Origin: Octopus sinensis
Lineage: Eukaryota
Reading direction: 5' to 3'
Length of the DNA stretch: 23,070 bases
NCBI RefSeq assembly: GCF_006345805.1
Contig: NW_021836671.1
Location: 1 to 23,070 of the forward strand
Under the pieces are notes generated by a model. That model searched no databases and was not told the DNA's origin. It worked only from the letters and a program-made list of their open reading frames with translations. The position numbers and the translations under genes are program-made. Shown here in pieces: positions 1-9,231 of this stretch (positions are counted from its first letter, which is position 1; every line of letters begins with the position of its first letter).

Positions 1-18
1 ACACATCACACACACACA

Positions 19-55
<37 letters not shown>
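1..55. repeat. (CA)n microsatellite
   Basis: Direct reading; cut by the window edge. Confidence 0.95.
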
Positions 56-57
<2 letters not shown>

Positions 58-274
58 GATATATATTTGTCTTCATGTAAAGCTTTATTTATATGAAAGC
101 CACTTAACATTAAACTGAAGAATTGTTCAATACTTTTGAGTACGCATTTATTAAACTTTTGCAATGATTGATAGAAACATCGTGAGACTATCCTTGTTTG
201 TTTGTTTCCTTCTCTCTTTCGTTCATTCGTTCGTCTTTTCTTTCTTTCCTTCTTTCTTTCTCCCTCTCTTTCCC

Positions 275-341
<67 letters not shown>

Positions 342-359
342 CTCTCTCTCTCTCCATCC

Positions 360-457
<98 letters not shown>

Positions 458-492
458 ATCTACTCTCTCTCTCTCCATTCATCTATCTATCC

Positions 493-570
<78 letters not shown>
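275..570. repeat. (ATCT)n tetranucleotide microsatellite with short (CT)n interruptions
   Basis: About 300 bp of ATCT units; explains the three overlapping SIYL-repeat ORFs. Confidence 0.97.
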
Positions 571-1308
571 TTTTTCTGTCTGTCTATCCACGTGTATAGT
601 TTAACACAGTTTTCCAAGAATTTCAATTATACACAGACATACACGCTCGTATTTATGTATATACATACCTATATACATACATGCATTCATGCACACACAG
701 ACACTTTTCATAATGAATAAATATTCAAAGAAATATTTATATAGATATCATTATTGTTAGAATTAGTAGTAGTAGTAAGTAGATAACAGTAATAATAATA
801 AAAGTGGCCAACAAGCAATAAACCAAAAGGGCAAATCCATAAATCTTATAATTATATAAATATTTATTATATATATATACATATATATATATATAATTAG
901 TTGCTGGAGGGAAGTAGATGTTCGCTGCCCCTGCTAGCGATATATTGTATACAAAGTTGTGCAGAGCGTTGCAACGATAACCAGCTGGGGGAGAACCTGC
1001 CTGGGGTTAAATTAGTGGTAACGTTGAACTGCCTCTTGTGATGTGGTGACTCGCTTTACTGTTTAGTATACGTTACCACTCTTCTTAAGATTTTATAACT
1101 AGCTATTTTGCTTGCAATTATATATGCAAATATGTATGGTTATAAAATCGGTTAGAATATAGTACTCGATTCATGAAGTAGAGTATAGATCTGATGATCT
1201 ATACTCTCGCTACTCGGCGTTTGTCGTTTCTGTGCATACTTTCAATCGTATACGTATGATATATGTGCACACATGTGTGTCCGAATGTGCATATTCTAAA
1301 TATGTTAA

Positions 1309-1524
1309 TACTCTTTACTCGTTACTCTTTTACTTGTTTCAGTCATTTGACTGCGGCCATGCTAGAGCACTGCCTTTAGTCGAGCAAATCGACCCCAGGA
1401 CTTATTCTTTGTAAGCCTAGTACTTATTCTATCGGGGACGTAAACAGATCAGCATCGGTTGTCGAGCGATGTTGGGGGGGACAAACACAAACATACACAT
1501 ACACACACACACGCACACACAACA

Positions 1525-1598
<74 letters not shown>
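1309..1598 (-). mobile_element. SINE group A, 3' half with internal deletion, running into (CA)n(TA)n
   Basis: Matches 7583-7800 (cttgtttcagtcatttgactgcggccatgct...gcatcggttgtc) but lacks the gccgaaccg segment. Confidence 0.9.
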
Positions 1599-1599
<1 letters not shown>

Positions 1600-1773
1600 A
1601 ACCAGCTTAGAGAAGAAGAAACGAAACGAAACGAAACGAATCGAATCGAATCGACGCGAAGGCGCTTAGTCATACAATAGTGTAATAAATAAAATATATG
1701 CATACATACATATATGTACGTACCTACATCTACATGTATATATACATGCACATATAAATATATATACGTGCGT

Positions 1774-1928
1774 ACAGGACACCACAAGTAGACGTAGAAC
1801 TCAACGAGAAACGAAAACGTAAAAACAGCATGGAACGGATCATTCCTTTAACAACGAAAAAACAGAGTACAAAACAACTACACAAGGAAAAATCCCCTTC
1901 ATCAGCCGTCCCTAGTTCAATTCCAGCG
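1774..1928 (-). mobile_element. Probable Penelope-like terminal fragment
   Basis: Embedded between TA-rich tracts. The minus strand has CTGATGA followed by a hairpin and a GT-rich tail, like the elements at 16074-16542. No GAAA box follows. Confidence 0.35.
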
Positions 1929-2264
1929 TATATGTATATGTATATATGTATATGTATATATATCGGAGAAATAGAGAAGGAAAGAGAGTATATGTCAAGT
2001 AATGACATTTATTGCTGGTCGGCCCAAGTGTATTGATGGCGTTAGTATGGTGAAATGCTGTCATTGGTAAATTGAAGACGTGTAGCCATCTTGAACTCCT
2101 TGGAGCTACGAGTTAGTGACGGGCGTGGGAATTTAATATGTATTGTAAATCGACACTTACATCAGAAACATCATATATTGAGGGAATTCAAACAGCAGTT
2201 TGATGTCTCTCTGCATGCCTGCCTGTCTGCTTGTCCGTCTGATTGTGCCTTTATTTCTGAGTCT

Positions 2265-2273
2265 CTGTCTCTG

Positions 2274-2312
<39 letters not shown>

Positions 2313-2412
2313 GTCTCTCTCTCTCTTTCACACTCTTTCGCATGCGCGAATATACATGTGTTTGTATATTATCTCACTTAGAAGAAGCATATTTATCTAT
2401 ATGCGCATGTGC

Positions 2413-2466
<54 letters not shown>

Positions 2467-2487
2467 ATGCGTGTGTATTAGTGCATG

Positions 2488-2518
<31 letters not shown>

Positions 2519-2815
2519 GTATGTATTAGTGTATATATACTGAGAGAGAGAGAGAGAGAGAGAGAGATACATAGATAAATAGAGAGATAGATAGATATAT
2601 AAATATGAATATACGTACTTCTATGCGTATCTGTACGTGTGTACGTGTATGCTGTATGTTTACATTATTATGGGTGTGTGCCTGTGCGTGTGTGTGTGTA
2701 TGTATGTATGTATGTATGCATGTATGCATGTATGCATGCATGCATGCATGTATGTATGTATGTATGTATGTATATATGTATGTATGTATGTATGTATGTG
2801 TGTATGTATGTATGT
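2265..2815. repeat. Compound microsatellite block (CT)n, (TA)n, (GA)n, (GTAT)n/(GCAT)n
   Basis: Direct reading. Confidence 0.93.
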
Positions 2816-3077
2816 CTGGGAAAGAAGACAAGCATCCAATGTTTAAAGGAACTAACCATTCCACAGTGGGTGTCATCCAATTCTGACACCTTTACTGGAA
2901 TTGATTCTTAAGTAGGTATTTTACTTCCGAATTTCACTTAATGGAATATATGAATCATGTCAGACTTGTCAAATAGGTACATAGACATCATACACACCCA
3001 GAGCACCCACCACACACCCCTTTCTTGAACCCTGTTCGTATTTGTCTTGTTCCATCCCTATATAACTGTTTTCTCTA

Positions 3078-3083
<6 letters not shown>

Positions 3084-3110
<27 letters not shown>

Positions 3111-3114
3111 CTAG

Positions 3115-3149
<35 letters not shown>

Positions 3150-3169
3150 GCTGTCTCTCTCTCTCTCTC
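3084..3169. repeat. (CT)n with a repeated AGCTGT interruption
   Basis: Two tandem (CT)n-AGCTGT units. Confidence 0.9.
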
Positions 3170-3504
3170 TTGTGTTTACCTTTTTTCTAGCCCCTAAACG
3201 CCCAGAAATAAACACCCATTCTTTAAACACATCATGCATTATTTTTTTTGTACCTGCTTTGTGTTTTATTAGCAATGTCGTGTCACCGAAGACTGTGTCT
3301 TTGTATTCGATTTTGCCACTCATTCCTTTCTATCAATAACTCAAATTTAATACTCCTTCAGAAGACTTTAAATTTATCTGAAGGTATTTTATTTTAGAAG
3401 AAGCAGAGATTACAAGTGAGAAGTAGTGTCGGCTATCTCAGACGACTAATAAAACAATACATACACAAACATATGTCCAAAACACGCGCATGCGCAATTA
3501 CAGT

Positions 3505-4085
3505 TGTGTTTGTCCTCCTACAGCTTGACAACCGATTTTGACTTGTCTACATCTCCATAACTTAGCGGGGTGGTTAAGGAACCGGTAGAATATGAACCAA
3601 AGTTTAAAAATAAGTACTAAGGGCGATTTTTTATCAAGTACACAAGCGCAGGAGTGACTGTGTGGTAAGTAGCTTGCTTACCAACCACATGGTTCCGAGT
3701 TAACTCCCACTGCGTGGCACCTTGGGCAAGTGTCTTCTACTACATCCTCGGGCCGACCAATGCCATGTGGGTAGATTTGGTAGACGGAAACTGAAAGAAA
3801 CCCGTCGTATATATATATATATATGTGTGTGTGTTTGTTCCCCCACCCAACATCGCTAGACAACCGATGCTGGTGTGTTTGCTTCCTCGTAACTTAGCGG
3901 TTCGGCAAAAGAGACCGATAGAATATGTACTAGGCTTACAAAGAATAAGTCCTGGGGTCGATTTGCTCGACTAAAGACGGTGCTCCAGCATGGCCTCAGT
4001 CAAATGACTGAAACGAGTAAAAGAGTACACACTTCAAGGATATGCCCTAGCATGGCTGCAGTCCAGTGATTAAAAGGAGTAAAAA
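3505..4085 (+). mobile_element. Old, diverged SINE group A 3' half, split by a younger copy
   Basis: 3505-3636 (gcttgacaaccg...aacttagcgg...aataagtac) and 4032-4085 (gcatggctgcagtccagtga) are collinear with the group A 3' half. Confidence 0.75.
3645..4023 (+). mobile_element. SINE group A, full length (tRNA-like head, internal (TA)n(TG)n, GAGTAAAA tail)
   Basis: Reverse complement of 7583-8010; 8-bp TSD AGTACACA at 3637-3644 and 4024-4031. Confidence 0.93.
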
Positions 4086-4444
4086 ACAAAATATATTTTC
4101 ATTGAAATATATTGTTTGTTGCAATCAATTTTGAAAATACTGAAGAAGTTAGTAAAAAAAACTCGATCATATTGAATGGTGTCTAGAAAATAATTTAACA
4201 TGAAATTTTGAAGGTAGGTTTTAGTTTAGATAATTTTGACGCTGTCTGTATTTCACACCAGGAGCGGCTTTGAGTGGGTTGGTCTCATGAAGGATAAAAA
4301 GATTAATGTTCAATATGTGATACTTCTGACCAAAGATGAATCTCTGACTCGTGACTAGTCCCAAACTTAGTACATCTGCCTTAGTGAAAGAAAAACTCAT
4401 TACGTCATCATATAAAGTCTTCTTCAAAATGAAATAGGCACTAT

Positions 4445-4871
4445 ATATGTGAATTTTTAAGAGAAGTGGCTACTAGTTACTTTTGAAGTATTCTTTGAGC
4501 TGTCAGATGTCAGTTTATCTGGCAAGAAATAATGCAGTTTCTGTTGTGTCTGGGGAGGGCCATTTTCTTTTTGTGCCTTAAGATTTAACACACGCACCGG
4601 TAAAATTTCCACTTATTTCTTATTTTTATTTTCCTAAAATAATTATACCGATGAGTGTGTTAAATCATAAGGCACAAAAAAAAAATGACTCTCCCCAGAC
4701 ACAACAGAATATGCTTCAACACACGAATAAAGAATCTTGCAAACCAAATCCCAAAACGAAATAAAATAATGCAGTTATTAATAAGAAAAGTTTAAAATTA
4801 ACGTATGCCAGATTTCACAGCTCTAGCCTCAATCTTCATAATCAGCCTCTGAACTTTTCCGTCCACCCTCG
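4445..4871 (-). mobile_element. Probable mariner 5' end remnant (TIR and leader), interrupted by the 4540-4763 insertion
   Basis: The minus strand begins CGAGGGTGGACGGAAAAGTT, resembling CGAGGG...AAAAGT mariner TIRs (recalled). No intact ORF. Confidence 0.5.
4540..4763. mobile_element. Fold-back insertion with about 70-bp inverted arms and a 13-bp TSD
   Basis: Arms at 4539-4607 and 4641-4709 are near-perfect reverse complements; AAATAATGCAGTT occurs at 4527-4539 and 4764-4776. Confidence 0.85.
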
Positions 4872-5114
4872 AAAATCTAGGGAAATGAAACTTTGTTAAA
4901 AATTCTTTCAGTTGACCAGTACAGAACAGTATTTTTTTTAGTTTGCTCAAAAGGAGAAAGGCAATACCCATAACCCCCACATTTTTTGCTAGAAAGAAAA
5001 AAGGAAAAGAAACGACGTCTGGTGGTTTGCTACAGTAAGAAACTGGCTTTCGTTAGTTAGTGGCCACATGACCATTCATGATACAGAGGCTGGGAGCCTA
5101 TTTCAGTTCGAGGA

Positions 5115-5434
5115 GCACTCCGTCGGTTACGATGACGAGGGCCCCAGCTGCTACGATCAACGGAACAGCTTGCTCGTGAAATTAATGCGCAAGTGATTGA
5201 GCAATCCACAGGCACGTGTACCCCTAACGTAGTTCTCAGGGAGTGACAAAGCCGGCCCTTTGAAATACAGGTACAACTCATTTTTACCAGCTGAGTGGAC
5301 TGGAGCAACGTGAAATAAAGTGTCTTGCTCAAGGACACAACATGTCGCCGAGAATTGAACTCAGGACCTGAGTTCAATGGCTTAGTGGTTAGGGCATTCG
5401 TGAGCCGAATGCCCTAACCACTAAGCCACGCGCC
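5115..5434 (-). mobile_element. SINE group C (variant body), near full length, with rearranged tRNA head
   Basis: A box TGGCTTAGTGG, B box GAGTTCAATTC and core GTTGTGTCCTTGAGCAAGACACTTTATTTCACG shared with 21657-21986; the 3' half is different. Confidence 0.88.
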
Positions 5435-5671
5435 TTCACCATCAAAACTAAACGGCACACAGACCCACAGACAAGGAAGCTGTTGGCTGCAATGTCTCGT
5501 GGGTCTGCTAAGCTGAATATGACGAATGGATTCTGAAAGTTGATAACCAATTGTAAACTTGAAGAGAGACAGGATATGTTATTGTGGGATTTGTGCAACA
5601 TATAGATGTATAATAGCGCAGTAGAGATTGCCGTCATGAAATGGAGAGAAATGTGTAATACAGAGGGTGTA

Positions 5672-5699
5672 AGAGAGAGAGAGAGAGAGAGAGAGATTA

Positions 5700-5765
<66 letters not shown>
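5672..5765. repeat. (GA)n microsatellite
   Basis: Direct reading. Confidence 0.95.
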
Positions 5766-5768
<3 letters not shown>

Positions 5769-5867
5769 ATGTGTAACAGAGAAATTTTGTGCAATAGAGA
5801 GGTTGTGCTACTGATTTAGGCTTTGAAATAGAGAAAAGTTTAGTTTGAGATGTATTCTTATATTAAA

Positions 5868-6124
5868 CTAGCAGGCGTACCCAGCGTTGCTCTGGTATTA
5901 AATATTCTGCAAAGGTCTTAATAATAGGTTCTACCATTTTTTATTTGTTGTACATCTCTTTGAATATTTTTGCGTTAAGTTGCAAACATTGACATTGAAG
6001 AAGAAGTGATTTTTCCCATAGACCATAAATAAAGTAGTAACAACAGGGTGAAAAATGTGGAAACGTATAAAAAGCATACACATACACACACACACTCAGA
6101 CATTTTGAGTTTTATAGATATAGA
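5868..6124 (-). mobile_element. Non-autonomous Helitron
   Basis: The minus strand starts 5'-TC (TCTATATCTATAAAA), ends CTAG-3', has a subterminal hairpin CCAG-AGCAACG-CTGG, and sits between host A and T with no TSD. It has an internal (GT)n tract near the 5' end. Confidence 0.8.
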
Positions 6125-6203
6125 TTATGGCAATTTCCAAACGAGAAGGATTACATTTAAATGTTGTAAGTTATAAAAGACGTTAAGAAAACTACAAGAG
6201 AGA

Positions 6204-6845
6204 TTAAAGAAAATGAGAGAGAAAGAGCGAAAATTGGTGGGTATTAACGTATGATGCATTGAGAAAAATGAACCCCATTAAAAGAAAAGCATTTTGAACT
6301 ATTTGGAAACGTACGAAGAATATGCAGAGAGAAGGGTAGAAAAGTAGAGAAGGTCGCACAGAATATGAGAGAAGGTAAGGGTAAAAGAAATGGAGATGGA
6401 GGGGGTGGGAATTGAGGAAAAGAAAGAAGGAATGAAAGAGGAAGGAAGAAAGATGGAAAGAGAAAGGCGGTAGCATGAAGAACATAACGTAATAACGAAG
6501 AGAAACTTGGAATGAGGAAGTCAAATAAGTAAATATAGAAAGATGAAGAGAATTGGATTGAAGAGAATTGGGTATAAAACGCTAGAAGAGAGAAATAGAT
6601 AGATAGATAGAGAGAGAAGAGAGAGAGGAAGGAGGGAAAGAGAGAGGTGGGAGGGAGAGAGAATGGGGTGTAGGAGGACGTGAATGAGTGATGCGTTGTG
6701 CAAGATGAACAGGGTAAAAGAAAAACAAGATAAAAACGAGATTTTAAACTAAATAGAAATATATAAATAATATACTTGGGAAATAAATAAAGAGAGAGAG
6801 AGAAAAAAAAGAAAGAAAGAAAGCGAGATAAAAAGAAAATAAAAA
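6204..6845. repeat. Purine-rich low-complexity (GA-rich) region
   Basis: Strong purine bias on the + strand; the minus-strand F/L/S-rich ORFs are artefacts. Confidence 0.8.
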
Positions 6846-7309
6846 ATCAAGCGAGCAATACTAACATATATCAATGTTCCATCGTCCTTGAAACCCGTCC
6901 GCTCTCTGTGAATTAAACACAGACTCACACATTCTTGTATTTTTATATAAACAAACATAAATAGTCGACTTTTTAGACCGTCTTTCCTAGAAAGTCATAG
7001 CATTAGTATTGACGATCTGTGATTGGTTGCTCAAGTGGCAGTAAAATGCTAAACGGATGCTCAGGGGGCAACCCCAGGAAAAGAGCAAACAAATAAATAT
7101 ATAAATAAATAAATATTCATTGCCGAAGATATATACAGAATTGTAAAATATGAAAACGCCGGGGAGAAGAAAAAAAAAAAATACAAGAAAAAACAGAAAA
7201 TGAAAAGAAAGTGACACTAAGTCTTTATTAAAAACAGCTTACCGCTATATATTTATTTGTAAGGATAAATTAAGACATTGTTAATTAATTCGTTCTTATT
7301 TTGAAACAA

Positions 7310-7470
7310 ATCTGGCAATTTTGAGGAGAGTGGTAGTGGTCGGTGTAAACGCCCCACTAGTCCTTAATTTATCGACTTCTAAAGGATGTTGAAAGACAAA
7401 GCCGACTAGGACGGTATTTCAGCCCAAAACAAAAAGATCCGGAAGAAATGCAGCCGAACATTTTGTCCGA
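7310..7470 (-). mobile_element. Degenerate SINE group B
   Basis: cttaatttatcgac...aaaggat...gaaagacaaagccgac...catttt aligns with 19540-19700. Confidence 0.6.
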
Positions 7471-7582
7471 CATGGTCAGAGAATTCCAGAGAACCAGGAA
7501 AAGTTACTGTGTAAACAGATTCCTGCGTTCACACCAAGTTTGGAGGTACGTACGTATCCACTTATAAACTTATTAACCACGC

Positions 7583-8010
7583 ACTCTTTTACTTGTTTCA
7601 GTCATTTGACTGCGGCCATGCTGGAGCACCGCCTTTAGTCGAGCAAATCGACCCCAGTACTTATTCTTTGTAAGCCCAATACTTATTCTATCGATTCTCT
7701 TTTGCCGAACCGTTAAGTTACGGGGACGCAAACACACCAGCATCGGTTGTCAAGCGATGTTGTGGGGACAAACACAGACACACACAGACACACACAGACA
7801 CACACAGACACACACACACACACACACATATACATATACATATATACGACGGGCTTCTTTCAGTTTCCGTCTACCAAATCCACTTACAAAGCTTTGGTCG
7901 GCCCGAGGCTATAGTAGAAGACACTTGCCCAAGGTGCCACGCAGTGGGACTGAACCCGGAACCATGTGGTTGGTAAGCAAGCTACTTACCACACAGCCAC
8001 TCCTGCGCCT
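7583..8010 (-). mobile_element. SINE group A, full length
   Basis: Minus-strand head GGCGCAGGAGTGGCTGTGTGGTAAG...GGGTTCAGTCCC (A/B boxes), middle GGATTTGGTAGACGGAAACTGAAAGAAGCCCGTCG, internal microsatellite and GAGT tail. Confidence 0.95.
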
Positions 8011-8520
8011 ATACACAACTACAAATTTGTAAACCCGCTCTATCCCCCTCTCTCAGTCTTTCTCCTCCTATGTTGTAGTGCACAATGCCTACAAGTGATT
8101 AAAGCTCTTCATGCTAAAGTCCAAAGATTCATGATTTTCAAGGAAAAGAGAAAGCAGTGTTACCGTTGTCTATGCTGATATATTTGCAGTATATTATGCT
8201 AGTCACCTGATGAGCTGAGTTTAATCTTGGGGTACATGGTATATTTAACTCTCAAGCATCAGCGGTGGAGGTCTACTTCACATTTGATTACGGGCATGTC
8301 CATATGCTAGTGGGCCCGTGTAACACATAATTTGGGGCCAGCGCTCTTCCATGTCCTTTATGCATTAATCACAGGGCTATTTTCTGTTATTTGACCCAAA
8401 GCATAAGCCATTAATGAATGCGACTATCTCGGTCCAGTGAAGACCAAGGAGTAGTGGGAAATAAGGCGTAACTCCGTACACTCTACAACACTTGAACTCC
8501 CGAGCTTCCGATTAATGCTT

Positions 8521-8653
8521 TTGCTTACCAACCACATGGTTCCGGGTTTAGTCCCACTGCGTAGCACCTTGCGCGAGTGTCTTCTACTATAGCCTCGGAC
8601 CGACCAAAGCCTTGTCAGTGGATTTGGTAGACAGAAACTGAAAGAAGCCCGTC

Positions 8654-8748
<95 letters not shown>

Positions 8749-8821
8749 ATGTGAGTGTGTGTGAGTATCTGTGTGTTTGTGTGCTTGTGTGTCTGTGTTT
8801 GTCCCTCCACCATTGCTTGAC
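8521..8821 (+). mobile_element. SINE group A, truncated at both ends, with expanded (TA)n
   Basis: Matches 3673-3860. Confidence 0.92.
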
Positions 8822-8822
8822 C

Positions 8823-9041
8823 ATCCTCCCCTCTTCATGCCATCTATGTTATCCAAGAGAAAAACAAAGGGCAATACAACTTGGCACCAGTGACGTCGCA
8901 ACTCATTTCTGCAGCTGCGTGAACTGGAACAACGTGAAATAAAGTGTCTTGCTCAAGAACACAACACGCAGACCGGTCCGGGAATTGAACTCACAACCTC
9001 ACGATCGTAAGCTCAACGCTCTAACCACTGAGCCATGCGCC
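8823..9041 (-). mobile_element. SINE group C, 3'-truncated
   Basis: Reverse complement of about 21657-21872; head GGCGCATGGCTCAGTGGTTAGAGCG...GAGTTCAATTCCC. Confidence 0.92.
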
Positions 9042-9043
9042 TT

Positions 9044-9069
9044 CACACACACACACACACACACACCAC

Positions 9070-9109
<40 letters not shown>
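9044..9109. repeat. (CA)n microsatellite
   Basis: Direct reading. Confidence 0.95.
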
Positions 9110-9111
<2 letters not shown>

Positions 9112-9190
9112 CTAAGAGTATGGAGTAATGTTTCTAGCATTTGTATACACAAAGGTGTGTACTGTAGAAAGCATTCTTTTAATGATTTAA

Positions 9191-9231
9191 TGACGTCAAT
9201 CACTGGGCTGGTCAAAATGGTGGCGGAAGTG
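9191..9231 (+). promoter_or_regulatory. Candidate promoter motif cluster: CRE, YY1-like and ETS
   Basis: TGACGTCA at 9191-9198, CAAAATGG at 9213-9220 and GCGGAAGTG at 9223-9231, all within 41 bp of non-repetitive DNA. Motif match only. Confidence 0.4.

Noticed and set aside
164-720. ORFs of 133-172 aa
   Set aside because: Translation of (ATCT)n. The other repeat-rich ORFs (HT, YI, CV, SL, ER runs) are likewise microsatellite artefacts.
4798-4980. ORF segment KVQRLIMKIEARAVKSGIR resembling an RT helix
   Set aside because: No YADD motif upstream; the DNA is better explained as a mariner terminus.
8207-8235. CTGATGAG hammerhead box
   Set aside because: No stem II-GAAA partner nearby.
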